Positions 13,431-29,600 of a stretch of 64,000 nt of DNA are shown here, piece after piece. Location of the stretch: the NCBI GenBank assembly GCA_023515725.1, contig JALDTO010000266.1:2436217-2500216 (forward strand), written 5' to 3'. The translations under genes were made by a program, and so were the position numbers. The notes under the pieces were generated by a model, which was not told where the DNA came from, did no database searches, and saw nothing but the letters and a program-made list of their open reading frames with translations. The first letter of the stretch is position 1, and each line of letters begins with the position of its first letter. Origin of the DNA: Amoeboaphelidium protococcarum X5 (lineage: Eukaryota; Fungi; Aphelidiomycota).

Positions 13431-13634
13431 GTTTCAATTTTCAATCTTAGCCTTTACAGTAGAACGAACTATTGAGATGAGAACCGCTCGCGTCTTCTCA
13501 CTTTGTCATTCTTGTTTTGACTTTTCGTACCACCTTTGTACAGTATTGCAAAACGTTTGAAATATACCTTACATCTTCTTATTCTGCTTCTTCTTCTTTA
13601 CGATTTCGCTGTGGTATTTAATTGCGCCGTTGTT

Positions 13635-14618
13635 ATGACTGTTTAAATATTGGATCAAGTGAATGTGCCTTGGACAGAAAAGTACAGACCTCGCGTGCTG
13701 GAAGAGGTGGTTGGTAATGCAGAGATTGTGGATAGATTAAAAGTTATCGCCAAGGATGGAAACATGCCGCATCTCATCCTTAGTGGTCCCAGTGGTATTG
13801 GCAAGACCACAAGTATCATGTGTCTGGCTCATGAACTCCTACCGAAAGAGTGTATTGCGGAGGCTGTTCTAGAACTGAATGCCAGTGATGATCGTGGTAT
13901 CGATGTGGTGCGTAATAAAATCAAAATGTTCTGCCAAAAGAAGGTCACCCTGCCACCGAATAGACAAAAGATTGTCATTCTGGATGAATGTGACTCGATG
14001 ACTTCCGGTGCTTAGTAAGCTCTGCGGCGTACAATGGAAATATATTCTGGGACCACTAGATTCGCGCTGGCTTGCAACTTGAGTAATAAGATCATTGAAC
14101 CAATCCAGAGTCGCTGTGCCATGCTGCGTTATTAGAAGCTGAATGATAAGGAGATGTTGACCAGATTGATGGCAATCTGCAAACTGGAGAATGTCTCCTA
14201 TTCGCCAGAGGGACTGGAGGCATTAATATTTTGTGCTGAAGGTGATTTGCGTAATGCTGTCAATAATCTTCAATCCACCTGGTCCGGTTTTGGTCATGTT
14301 AATGAAGACACGGTGTTCAAGGTGTGTGACTCTCCCCACCCGGCTGTGATCAAGAAAATTCTGACATGTACAATCCAGGGTAATGTGGATGAGGCTGTGT
14401 AGATTCTGGGCGAAGTCTACGCTCTCGGCTACTCTGCACTGGACATTATTAATACTCTGTTCAAGGTTGTCAAGTTTATGCGTGAGTTGGATGAGGCGCG
14501 TCAACTGGAGTATGTCAAAATCATTGGATTCACTCACATGCGCATTCTGGATGGAGTCAACTCTCTGCTTCAACTAAGTTCATGCATTGCTCAGATGTGT
14601 GAATGTTCCATTAATTGA
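13635..14618 (+). CDS. RFC2: Replication factor C small subunit (human RFC2 / yeast Rfc4 type), 327 aa
   Basis: [48 protein letters not shown][TAG][TAA]ALRRTME, PIQSRC. Confidence 0.96.
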
Positions 14619-15115
14619 ATACACTGTGTCATAAATTGATATTTAGTTCTTGAACTTTACTCTATACAAGGATTAAATTACAAACCACGCTTTAAGCGTA
14701 CTGTGCGTAAAAGTGCATCGCATGATTACAATATTTTGTGAAAAGAAACCACCAAATTTAGCAGTAGCTTCGATGTATTCAGTGCTAAAGAGATAATTGT
14801 ATTAAATCAGTATTACGTGCTGATGAGAGATAAATAGATAGATAGAGTTGTTTCAAAGTGTAGCATGACGCTAAGAAACTGAATGAGTGCTAGATAGAGA
14901 CTTTCGTGTGTCTCGCTTGCTGGAGCTCTTTTCTGTTTTCTTCTTGTTGAAGACAACTGGCTGACCGAGTTGTTAGAACTTTGTTACAGGCGTCTGTATT
15001 TACACCGTTCTTCACTGAATTGGCTTGAAAATAATTCAGTCTTGTCAATCATAATAATTGCATTTAGATACTAGCGAGCTTCAATTTACATTCTGAAATT
15101 TAAATAGGAATAAAT

Positions 15116-16939
15116 ATGGCTGGAAAGTAGACATCGGCTTGGTCAGCGATTCTGGGCGATGATGCTGAGGATGGTGATGACTTGCATAGTGTTCCCACCA
15201 TCAAGATTAATGCTAATTAGAACTAGCATTTGATAGCGAGTATAAGATAGGCATCCAAGACTAGAAGTGCTCTGGATCAAGATAATTTCAAGCCTCAGGG
15301 TAACACTTAATAAGGTGGAGTAGCGAAGGATGCAGTTACTGGGATGTAGAGTTTAAACATTAACAATAACGGGAGTAGTAGTAGTAATGGCAAGTCTGAT
15401 AAAGACCCCTAATCGGATTTTAAAAAAGTCAGAGGAGACAGCGATGCTAGTACAATAAAGTTGAGCAAGTTGTAGAATCCTGTTCTGCAATAGAAACAAT
15501 CTGTGGATCAGGGTACAAACATTAGACTGGAAGATATCAAGAGTGACTTGGAGGATTTTCTCGGATTTGATGATGATGATGACGGTGATGATAATGGAGC
15601 TAAAGATAATTCAAGCCATAGCAATGCTGATGTATTTTAGTAATAGGGAACTACTGCTACATCTGGATCTTCTTCCAACTCCAACAATAAAGGTGGCAAA
15701 TCGGCAAAGAGTCTAACTACTTCAGGTGGAAGTGATTTTGATTTGGACGACATCTCTGCGTTGGCAGATGAGAGTTCATAGTCTAGAAAACCTCTTTAAC
15801 TTCCTCAATCTTAATCTTCAGCTAGTTCTCGTGCCAATGTCTCCAATTCTGCAAGTGGCGGTAGCAGTAATGGATCCAAGGCGTCGTTGATGTCATACAG
15901 TGATCAATAATAATAATAATAGTAACAATAGGGGAAGAAGCCTGCTTAGATTCTCACCAATAATTAGGTGGATGATATCGCTGATTTCCTCAATGATGAT
16001 GTTCTCGATGATGGCGGTGCAGCTTAGCGTAAAGGAGTTAGAAAGTAGACATCATCAGTATTCGGATCTTTCACGCCATCTTAAAGGTATGCTGCATCCT
16101 CCAAATAGCCTGCTCTTAGTGTCGCTGCTACTCAGGTTAAAGTCCAGAGTGAGTTGGTGGAGTTTGATTGTTCCTATGGTTAAGCTCTACCTGTCAGTAA
16201 TTGGGGTAATGTTATCAAAGTCAATAAGAAGACTTTGAAATACTTATGTCTATCTCAGAATGCAGTGGCCATGTTACCTGATTTTTCCATGGCATCTGAA
16301 CTTCTCCAGGTTGACGCTTCGTTCAATAAATTAAAAGCTGTTCCTAATGTCACAGGCCTAAACAAGTTGTAAGAGCTGTACTTGCAGAATAATAATATTG
16401 CCTCGTTTACTGATTTGCAGTTGGCTAATCTAAGAGTATTAGACTTGGCAAAGAATCAGATAACGTCCCTGGATGGAGTGTCGCGACTAAAGTCTCTTAC
16501 ACGACTCGATGTTAGTTGTAATTAATTGGCCGCACTTCCCTCTGATCTGTAGAAATGCACAATGCTCACCCACTTGAATGTGTCAGGCAACAAGTTGACC
16601 GCGGTGGATGACAAGTTTTTTGTTGAGCTGAAGGCACTCAAAGGTTTGCATCTAGGTAGAAATTAGCTGAAGCAGGCTCCTTCTTCCATTTCAAAGTTGG
16701 TTGAGCTACAGGAACTGGATCTATCAGGTAATGAGCCTCTGAAATCTCTTTCCAACATTTCATTTGATCGTTTTGTCAATTTGCGAGTCTTGAACGTATC
16801 TCATACCTCCATCACATCTGTTCCTGATGCTATTGGACAATGCTAGTAGATGCTGTTGTTGAATTTGCGCAAGTGCTCCATCTAAAAAGTACCGAATTCT
16901 ATAACTAAAAACAACAAGGCGATTGAAATTATTCATTGA
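15116..16939 (+). CDS. Leucine-rich-repeat protein with a long disordered N-terminus, ~607 aa
   Basis: Single frame ATG to TGA. C-terminal LRRs such as LQELYLQNNNI, LRVLDLAKNQI, LTHLNVSGNKL and LQELDLSGN. Confidence 0.85.
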
Positions 16940-17060
16940 TGTCTTGAATGATATCTATGATTGTTTTAGTTAAACTTACATTTTTTTATTCAATCGTCTT
17001 TCAAGGATTATATCCATGTATAAGTCTAAAGTTTACTACTTCATCATCATTGAATCATGA

Positions 17061-19078
<2,018 letters not shown>

Positions 19079-19304
19079 TGTATTGATTATGAATATTCAG
19101 ATACTTTTTATTTATTAACACTATACCAGACCTTAAATCATGAAAGAAAAATTAATAAACAAATTTCAATGCCGAAGCCATAGCAATCATATTTATAGAC
19201 TGCTTCGATAAGTCTGATCTCCAATGGGCGTTGAAGCCTCATCAGTCTGTAAGATCGCGCGCTTTCAAAAATCTAATATTACACAGCTTTGATATTGAAG
19301 AGGA

Positions 19305-19605
19305 ATGGACTCTATATTTGACGTGTTCTGGAGGCAATCTATCAGCTCCACATCTACTATAGATGATATAAGTTTAGACAAGGTATATTTATTTATTCAT
19401 TCAATTGAGAGCGATTGCAGTTCGAGCTTTTTAGCATCTGACTAACGTACACGATCAGGTGGAGTTATGGAAACTGAAGGTCTGCTCTATTGATGGTTCC
19501 GATAGAACTATTGAAGAATTGGAACAACTGAAAGCTACTATATACCTGCCTGAACTACAAACTGCTCAGTAAGTGTATATCCGGGCAATAGATTCAAAAA
19601 ACTGA
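19305..19605 (+). CDS. Possible small hypothetical protein (~74 aa, intron 19383-19458)
   Basis: An in-frame GT..CAG intron with a TGACTAAC branch point joins ATG 19305 to TGA 19603. No homology recognised and the 3' structure is uncertain. Confidence 0.35.
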
Positions 19606-19740
19606 TGATAAAAGTAAAGATGATGATTGTAGAGCAAATTTAGAAAGGATCAAGCAAGTGATAGACAAGAACGTCCAAAACAACAGTGCTAATAAAGATA
19701 ATCAATGATGATGACGTGGCACTGTAAAATTTACATAATC

Positions 19741-20397
19741 TCATTCTTTATAAACAGGTGGTCGATTGTCCTTGTTACGCAGCAGACGCGAGTGAAGCCA
19801 GTCAACACTTTCCCGCACGCCGTCGCCTGTAAGAGCACACAGCGGCAGAACGTTACTCTCGCGCGCACTCAGCTTTACGGCAATCTGATTGAATATCTCT
19901 TTCACCTGCTCAATCTTGAGTGATAGTGTCAAGTCTTGCTTATTGGCTAGCATGAGAATAGGTACACCTTCCACTTGATCATTGGAGATTATTTTATCAA
20001 ACACCATCTTCACCTCTTCTATTCGCTCTCTGTCCGTGCTGTCCACCATGAATATTATTGCATGACACTCGGCATAGTACGAATCCCATATTGATTGCAA
20101 ATCAGTTTATCCGCCTACACATTACTGCTTAATTACTTCAGAATGAACGATTTACTGCAATAAGCGCGTACCTAAATCCCAAAAGTTGAGTCGTATTGAT
20201 TGCATGTCAACTTTGCAAATGTTCAGACCAATAGTCGGATTGATCTTCTCTGGTGGCAGTCCTTTGGCGCCCGTGTAGATTGACTTTATTCGCTCCAGCA
20301 TTGTAGTCTTTCCAGAGTTATCCAGTCCCAGTACCAGAATATTATACTCCTCCTTCCTAGTCAAATGCCGATATAATCCACTAAAAAGAGTATACAT
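19741..20397 (-). CDS. ARFRP1: ARF-related GTPase ARFRP1 / yeast Arl3 (intron 20115-20171)
   Basis: MYTLFSGLY, GLDNSGKTT, PTIGLN, WDLGG[TAA]TDLQSIWDSYY, ANKQD. Confidence 0.94.
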
Positions 20398-20576
20398 TGC
20401 TCTTACACACTGGTAGTTCTGAAATAACTAAACCCGCCCTTTTCTTCAGTAGATACCGCTTGATAGAGAATTTCGCTTAGCGCTTTGCTCTTGTTTCTTC
20501 ACTGTCAGCTTTGCTGTGTTAAGATTAGTAAAATCGCGTCTTGTGAAGTACAATTACTACCAATTGCATACAGAAT

Positions 20577-20852
20577 ATGAATTAAATTAAATAGCCATTT
20601 GATCTACTGGCACTTACATTAGATGAAAAGGTATTTATAAAGCTGAGAGGTGGGAGAGAGCTGACTGGTCGGTTGAATGCGTATGATGGACATCTGAACA
20701 TGGTTCTGCAGGATGTCACGGAGAAGACGTTGACTGTGAATGAAGACACTGAACAGGTGCAACCTCAAATCAGGAATATGCCAATGTTATTTGTGCGCGG
20801 AGATGGTGTTCTTCTAATGTCACCACTTTTAAATAATGGCACAAGTGTATGA
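20577..20852 (+). CDS. LSM3: U6 snRNA-associated Sm-like protein LSm3, 91 aa
   Basis: PFDLLALTLDEKVFIKLRGGRELTGRLNAYDGHLNMVL...MLFVRGDGV. Not in the ORF track. Confidence 0.92.
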
Positions 20853-20928
20853 ATATAAAGTAGAAAATAGGCGTGTTTAGCAATACGATTATAATATTGG
20901 ATCTTGACTTCTATTAGTTTATATTCAA

Positions 20929-22002
20929 TCAATCGGTTTGTGAGGATTGCTGTTCATGAGAGCTAGTACCGTTGTCTTGTTGTCCAGTTGTACTATTATT
21001 AGTTTACTATAATGGAGACGATGCGGTAGGCTAATCTGACAGATGCCGCCTATCAATAGGACATGTATCGCTAGTCTTGAGCCACTGTACAATGCACTGC
21101 TCATGAAAGTAATGCTTACACTACGGAAGTGAACACAGCTTATCTCCATCCACAAAGTCGTCTTTACAAATGGCGCATTCATCGCTCTCCTACCTGCCAT
21201 CACTCGACCTACTTTCATACTTGGACCTCTTCAACTTTGCAATATCATCATCCGAAGCTGGTTTATTCTTATTATGAGCACTTCCGAATTGTTCCATCAA
21301 ACGCGTGATCACATCATCCATACCATTGGCTCCCCATGCATAATCACCAGGATTTCCAACCATGCCCATCATATGTCTCACCTGATCTTGATTGAATAGA
21401 CCGCCTTACGCGCCTAGTGCTTATTAAAAGAATTATTGAAACAAATCATTGATATTTTGCACTTCCTCTTATTATTGTGGACCTTCACTGCCAGCGAACA
21501 TACCACCACCAACACCACCCGGACCATATGAGAATGAGAATGATGACGCCTGATTAGGCCCAAAGCGGAAGGTTCTTGTATACGGTTATTACTATCGTTA
21601 TTATTGTTGATTCTAATTATTCTATCGTCCAGTAGATTAAGATCTATTATTTCCGCCAGATGAGCCATTATTGTTCTCTTATTGTTAAGCGCTGGATTAT
21701 TGCTAACCTCTATTAGTAGGTACACTGAATGGTGCACCGAATAAGCCCTATAAAACTGCATTAATGTCTAATGGTGGTATTTATGATTGACTACCAGAAA
21801 TGTCCGGAATATCAGGATCCTCGGCATCGATAACTTCATATTCAGCATCCCGACTATCTCCATCTTCCATCAACTCGACAAACTCGCTTCCGCATCTAGG
21901 ACACTACGGCTGTGATAAATAAGCATCAGACTGATCAGCAGGCGGTAATTCTGAATAAAAAGTAATTCCACATCCATGACAAAAATGATTATTCAAATCC
22001 AT
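20929..22002 (-). CDS. RING-H2 E3 ligase, RNF126/RNF115-like, ~357 aa
   Basis: N-terminal zinc ribbon FCHGC...CPRCGSEFVE, GNPGDYAWGANGMDDVITRLM and RING CAICKDDF...CKHYFHEQCIVQWL...TCP. Confidence 0.9.
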
Positions 22003-22208
22003 CTAAAAGCCTCTTTAAAAGTACGCAAGGATATTTATAAGATGAATCTATTGTGGTCGCAATAATAAATGCTGATCTGTTCAAAGAAACTCTACAACGG
22101 CCTGGAGAAAGTCAAATCGGAGCCAATGCGAGAAACAAAAGAACGCGAAAGAATGTGAAACATCGCTGAGATTTATATCAGAGGAATGATACTTAGGAAT
22201 ACTGTTAT

Positions 22209-23372
22209 TCATCGCTTTCTCAGATTCATAAACGGTGACGTATTGCTAGCTTTGTTACCATCTTTGGATATAAGAGACACACTTGGTTCCTCTTCATTGG
22301 GCAAATGAGAAGACTACTACGCAGTTGCACCGCTTTAGGAGGCAAATTCACTCATCAGACGCTCATCTCGCTTTAGAGTTTGCAATCTCAATTCAGTGAG
22401 ACGAGTCATTTAGAGACAATTGATCTAACGCATAAGAAGCGCGTGTAGTTTCTCGCCGTCTTAAAGTGGACGTAGAGGGGAGTAGACCAAGATTAACAAC
22501 ACGAGTGCAAATGCAGAGCGACGCATTATCACAATGTAGTCGTGAGTCATGAGACTAGATGCCATAGAGTCATCATCTAAAAATCCAAAAGACATTGCGT
22601 ATACGTCCAGAATTTCATTTAAATACTCTTGCGGTATGAATGACTAAGCAATATCAGCACAAAGAACCGAGAGGATGATTCCACAACAGAATACAAACAT
22701 TCCACCACGTCTACTGGATGTCCCGTATTTCCATGCTACAAAAGCATTCTCCGATACAAGAACAAGGGCGATGAATACAATAAAGTGTACATACTCATAT
22801 AGAGTGTGAAATGAATACACTGCACCGTAGTCGTACAATCCTTAACACCACGTACATTTTATAAACGTGTCATGACCGTATCGAGTGTAATACTGCTTCA
22901 GCTCTTTGCTTTTAACCAGCTCATACAAGGATGTGATAAACTAATCGTACGACTAAGTCTACTCCAGAGCCTGGGTAGTATCATAATTTAACAGTCTCGC
23001 TTTTGTCAGAGGTCTTATATAATTATACTTAGAATCTCGAGTCAGATTAGCAGCAGCGGGATCAGAGCGCAAAGTGGCCATGTAATCAATATACGCGTTT
23101 CTTACCTGGTAGTTGGGTGCATTATGAGATACTCGCAATGAGCGAAATATCGATGGCATTGGATATAACGCAGTCAGCAGCATATAATAGACGGCATAGA
23201 TTACCAACACTACGGATACTAGCCGCTCAATGGCAAATAACTTTCTAGCCTTCTCCGATTATAGATCAACTTGAGGCTTATCTCCACCGCGTCCCTTCAT
23301 TATGTTAAATGCCATCGATATAATCCAAGGTAGCCCTATAATCGTGGCCATATTGATCACCAACGATGACAT
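22209..23372 (-). CDS. Multi-pass membrane protein with a degenerate J-domain-like segment and a CxxC motif, ~387 aa
   Basis: Single frame with several TM segments. IFRSLRVSHNAPNYQVRNAY and LYELVKSKELKQYYTRYGHDTFIKCTWC. Confidence 0.7.
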
Positions 23373-23618
23373 TTTGATTAATATATTATAAAAACTATTC
23401 TACTTTCTGGTTATTTTCTTTAATAATAAACCAAGAGTAAAGCAAAATTGGAATGGCTATTGAACGTTTAAATTTTGAGATCGTGATAAAGTTGAAATTG
23501 ACCAATCAGATCAAAATCCGCTTCAGTGTGTCAAGGAGTAAAATAGCACCACAGAGGCCGCATTTATAGAATTAAAATGTTATTTAGTAGTCATCAATAA
23601 AGCAATACTATATCAGTG

Positions 23619-26076
23619 TCATTATTAAATCACTGTTAGATCAACTTGAATAGAGCCACCGAGAGCATAACTGACAAACTCCTGTAAATTGGAAGTTGAA
23701 CTCTGAGGTGAATGCAAATTTAGTGAGGAAATGTTGACATTGTTCGCCACAAACCTGACAGCCAAAGGAGTGGAGGTGCTTGATCTTTCAGCGGCTCCAG
23801 CCGGTAAACTCCATTGTGCCAGTAGTTTAATTTTAGGCGACAGTTTCTATTCAGAGTCGCGCATACTGATATTCCCAAGTCGCCATAGAATCTTCTTCTT
23901 CTCCTAGCTGTAGGCTGCGACAGGCTTAGTGATAACCGCACTGGTTCCCTCATCCACTGTCATGAGCACTGAAACATCACTTAATTAAGCAATCTGCTAT
24001 TATTTACCGTATAACGAGTCATAATTAGGTTCACAACTTATGACCATCTGAGTCTGATTAGGTTGGACATTCATTTTACCGCTTACAATTAGAGGCATCC
24101 TCAACGATGTCTACTCGACAATTTCCACAGTGTATTTGCATAACAATATGTCTTTTCCCGATTCAAAATTGCTGACAACTTTTGAAATATCAACTTTTAA
24201 CTAGGACTACTCAAAAGTGACATACTGAGGAAGATCGGTCACCTGTAGATCTTGAAGACATTAAATTTTCACCACAAATTATCCAAACGAAGCATCAAGT
24301 TTCTGTGAATTAAGTTGCAATGAGCCCATCACTTTCATGCCTTTGATTTTACCATCTTTAGACACTTGAGTCGTCATTACTTCTAGAAATTTAAATTGAA
24401 CGCCATTAGACCGGCAGAAAGAGACCAAATCTTAATCGCCATTCGTCTAACCCTGCTGTGATGAAGCAGGAATATCCTGAAAACTATCAAAGCTCAGCAG
24501 ATCCATCTGCGCATTAGTCATAACAGCTGGTTTACTAAAACCAGTATCTAAGCCATTCATAGAGCCAAATGGATCGAACGTCTAATTACTTTGAGCTGAA
24601 TTATTAGACGGTAGTCTCGCGCGTCGATTACCCGTCATCTATGATGACATTGACATTGCTGACACTTCAGACGCTGGTGTAACTTCCTGTGATGATGGCT
24701 GCGTCAGAGGAGAAGGCGACATCATGGAAGTTTATCGACGACCACGCTTCGGTTAAGACTGATCTTATACAGCTTTCACAGGGCCACTTGCAAAATTCAA
24801 ACTATTCTTCATGAAAGCAGCAGCTGAGGCCAAATCTTCAGCAGATGCTTTCTCCCCACCTTCCTTATCTTATTTCACGGATGCTGCATCAGAATTAGTT
24901 TTTATATCGATTTTGAACTTTTAAAAGTTGTTCGACAAAGCCATACTGCCACCATCCTCATCATCGCTTGAGTCATCTTCACCTCCACCAGCATTTTTAT
25001 CAGATTTCTTCTTATCAGAGCCAGATAGAATAGATGAAGCGTTCATCGGTCCATTCTTCCATTACTCTCGATCCATCTGTGGGATTCTATAGCCCTCTGC
25101 ATCAACTTTAAACTACTCATCATCTTTCGACTAATCTGCGCCATTTTCATTTATATCCTTAGTAGATGATGCTGCAGCTTTCTAAGAAGGATGGGACGAC
25201 GAGAATATGCTAGTACTAATGTACTCTGATTTAACATTGGAAGACTGGACAAACTTTTCAACCTCGGCATCAGGATCAATCTTGGCAACTTATTCCAGAC
25301 TCTGCTCCAAGTTCATGACTTGGAGCTTCAAATTATTAATCTAAAATTCAATAGTTCTCTTCAGCGTATCTTTAATAAACTCAATCTACAGCTTGTCCAT
25401 CTCCCGGAATCTTTCAAAAATCTCTGCACTCTCAGACATCCACTGCGCTGTACAAGCACCAAGTTAAGTCTCAAGTTCCTGAATCTTTTACTCACTCTTG
25501 TCATCAGCCTTTTTATTACCTTCAAATTATTTTCTAAGCTTTATCAATCTCTGCTATTTGTCATGCCAGTCTTTGGACAATCTAAGAAGAGTGGTACTGT
25601 TCTATTTAAACTTGCTCCACTTATTATCGTCTTTATCCCCAGATGCCAAATGTTCGCCAATAGAGTGGCAGACGTCCATTTTGAGTCGATCAGAAAGCAG
25701 AAGATGACACTTAGATGTCTCATGAGCACTGCCTGCCACCATAGTCCACGCCTTTCCTATTTCACCCAACACATCGGAACTGGTTTCATTAAATTCAGCA
25801 GCGGCAGTAAAACTGGATGTCTTCTTACTTAAACTAGTCATTGCACCGGCGTATGCATTCTCCATCATGGACCGCTCCTTGAAATAATCATGCACTTCAG
25901 ACTCCAATGCCCGCAGACGCTTCAACCTAGTAGTCACCGTCTGCACAGCCTGCTTAGGTTCGATCTTGTCCACCTCCTACACACAATTAATACATTAATA
26001 AACATGAACTAGAATTAAAGGAAACTGTTATATATAATAAACTTACAGAGAATATAGCCGAGTACTAGGACGCCAT
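23619..26076 (-). CDS. Muniscin FCHO/Syp1 (F-BAR plus mu-homology domain; intron 25977-26046)
   Basis: F-BAR signature YFKERSMMENAY, a disordered linker and a mu-HD-like C-terminus (PLAVRFVAN). Confidence 0.8.
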
Positions 26077-26683
26077 TTATGACAGCAATAAAATCTACTA
26101 CAAAGAGAATGAATATTGGTGAATATCCTGAGCAAGCAAAGTGTTGTAATAGTAATAACAAGAACTGAAAGAGACAAAGAAGATAAAACAATCGCCGCGC
26201 TGTGCTTTTGTTTCAACCTGTTCAGGATCGTCCAGACAAACACAGGAGTGAACCTGTCACTTTTCATACAAATTTGGATTGAAGGAATGATCTCTCTCTC
26301 TTCGTCCGTTTCTCTTGAAACACGTTACCGATTCGTTTGAAGTTATTCATCTCACTCTTGGTTGGTTGGTTAATTTAGTATAAATCATATATGGAGTTCT
26401 TCTAGAATGTATAATAATTTTTGGAAAGTAATTCATTTATGATGATAATGATATAGATATAATCAGTACATGGGTAATGAGTGCAATTCTATAATCAGTC
26501 GTGTCATGGCACATTCAGGGGTAACAAATTTGTGGAAAAGAGGCTTCCACTCAAGAGGGAAATGCTGCTGAAGAGTCATTTGATCAAGACTCCCCTGTTT
26601 GATATTACACGGTCGTCAATTTTATTAAAAAATTGTTGCTATACTCGTCAGAATTTGTATTGTATTGAAGATAATAAAAAGTG

Positions 26684-29600
26684 ATGACTTGGATTGTGCA
26701 TCACGTCAACGTTGATCGAGGTGAACGTAGACGATCTAGTGCGGAGGTGATGTCAGAATCGCTGATGGAATACGCTCTGAATTCTTACAGTAATGTACAG
26801 AGTGAGGATGTAATATTTTCAGGATTCCTGTATAAGAAGAATAGATATAAGCTCTGGAATAAACGGTATTTCGTGCTGTCTAAATAGGTGTTGTATTATT
26901 TTAAATCTAAAGAGGATTCAGTGAGATCGAATAAATTGCTGGCCGCTCTATTTCTAGACAGTAATTCCTATCTTTCTAGTGATATTCATCCAACATCCGA
27001 TGGCAAGGAGTTGGAGTATTACTTGGTTATTACTGCTTCCTAATCGGTGTCCTTTGATAGTAATCAGACTTTTGTGAACAAGTAATATATACTTAAATGT
27101 CCGTCAAAAGATGAATTTGATGGATGGATGTCCACATTACGCGAATTGATAGTCTAGCGATTACCTCCTGTTGTTGCTGCCGATACTTTTAATGATGATA
27201 TTGATGAAGGTCATTAGAAGGATTAGAGTTCTATTGATAGTTAACCCGGCTTGGAATAAAGCAATAATCAGAACACCAAAATTGATGGAGTTTAGCTTTA
27301 TAGTGATGGAAGCAAACGCGAGTCTAAAGTTAGTAGCAGATAGATGACTATGAAATCTAGACAGTCTGCTGATAATACAAAAGTTTACGCGTAAAATATT
27401 CTTACAGCGTACAAGGATGAAAGCGTACTGATACCAATTTTCAATGAAGCTCAAAGGAGCATTGAACAGTTTTAAGAGTAACTAAAGTCTAGCATGGCAT
27501 CTAAGGAACCACTGCCTAATCTTTTAGAGTTGGTTGCCGTCGCCATTAGAAGAATCAGGTAACTATTGTATTATGCAGACACTAATGTCGTCAAGTCTTT
27601 ACACTGTACGGTGGTGTCTGAGTTTGTTGCCAGACACATTGCTACTTTGATTGAGAGCACTCGCAAGGTTGGATTTCATGCCAAGAAATTATCTGAGGAG
27701 TAGGCGCATGGTCGAGAGCTGTTGAGTAACGATTTGATTCTGATGCTTGATGATTTAGTTTATGACGCGTCAATCTTTGTTAGTTCATGCGAAGCAGTAG
27801 CTGATTTGGACGAGGCGCTAAAATTTTATGACAAAGGAGAGTTTTTCGATGTTGGTCTGCTGGATTAGTTATTTGGTATTGTGGTGAACGTTTGCAAGTT
27901 TGTGTCATCATTTCAGAAGGACAGATACTTTGGTATATGCGAAGAGACTTTGCTGGTTTCGAGGGCATTTGTTATGGCGATGTAGAATCATTCACAATAG
28001 CTGAATGCTCTTCTGAAGAACAATTCTTTTTATAACAACAAGTGGTAAATGTCTTTTGCAGAGTTTCGCGGCAGTAATCAGATGATTGATTAACTTCGTA
28101 TTGATATCAAGCGCGAATGTAGTAATGCATGTGATATCTGGTCGCAGGATTACGATTTCACTCTGGCTTAATTGATATTGCAGTTGGCTCTTACATTGGT
28201 TAGAGTCGTGTCTACGCTGGCATCTGGCACGGATCCGAATATGGTTTCTCAGGTGGATCTGTTTTGGCGCACATTTTATGTTATACATGAGAATTTATAG
28301 ACTCAGGATAAAGTGAGGAGTGTTTAATAGCCACCTGGTACTAGTCTATTAGAACAAGAGGTGCCTGAGAGTTTAGATATTCTGGAGTAGAAGATGCCCA
28401 TGCGGACTCTGTCTGATCGATCGCTGTCTAGTACATTTGGCGATGATCCTCCTTCTCCTATTAACCCTATTCTGCGCGATATTGAAGCTACATTTATTCA
28501 GTCTTCTATTGGAAGTTCAGGCTCTGTCAAGGAGACATCGTACGATGTGAATGATTTACAACAACGCCTGCATGACTTTGTTATGAGAAGTCCATCAAGA
28601 TTGGATCTGCCTGGAATGGATCCGCGAAAGTTGGTTGATGAGATTCTTACCAAAGGCCGTAATCTTCCGCTGATGATTAAGATGGCCAGAGAGTCATCTA
28701 CTGTTCCGTCTCAAGTTATGTCACCGCTGTAGCGAAGTGATGCGTAGTTTGTTACCACTGAATTCTCTATCAATTAGGTGGTAGCCAAGACTATTGGTGA
28801 ACTCTCTGCTGTTGTGCTTGATGCTTCCGCGCAAATGGAGCCTCTGATTAAGAAGGGTAACTTGAATCAGATCGTGCTCGATAGAGTGGAACATGTGTCG
28901 AGTATGGTAGTAGCGGCGTGTCATTAGATTGAAGAAGAGCTGGGAGCTCTTGAGGGCCACTTTTCAGCCGACGATGAACTAACCAATATGCTCGATGATG
29001 CGCGCCAGAATCTATCTCGTTCCGTATTTTGTTATGAAGTTAGCTGTAGAAATTTGGTGCAAGGCATAACTCTTCATGATGCGTCTGATTAGGTGATTGG
29101 CGACATGGATTCTATTGTCTAGTCTTGTGGAGATGTAGTCGAGGCAGTGCGATCTCTATTAGTTCACTAAGCTGAATATATGGATCAGGGTGTACCATAA
29201 TCAATATAAGATCCGTCCGCAAAGTACAATACTGCTCGGCCACCTTCTCCTCCTTATACTCCATCCCATCATGATGTGTCGTAGACTGCAACATCGTCAT
29301 CCAGGCGCGGAAGAGCAGAAAGTATTGATAGTGTCCTGGAAGAAGATAGAAGGCTCACGGCTGAAGCAGAGAATTAGATCGATGCTCTACTTGTTCAAGA
29401 GGACGAAGAGTTTAATAGTGATTAAGATATTGTGTTCCGTAGCGTGGATGGCCAAGTAGACACTTCAATGGTTAAAGCTGGTACACTGCAAAAGTTGGTA
29501 GAGAAGTTGACGTACTATCGACTGCCATCAAGTGATTATATCTCTGCATTTCTGCTCACCTACCGATCTTTTACTGACGCGTAGACTCTGCTTGATCTAT

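Noticed and set aside
26390-26683. Upstream exon(s) or uORFs of the RasGEF
   Set aside because: The ATG-initiated frames tried hit TGA, and no convincing splice path into the main frame was found.
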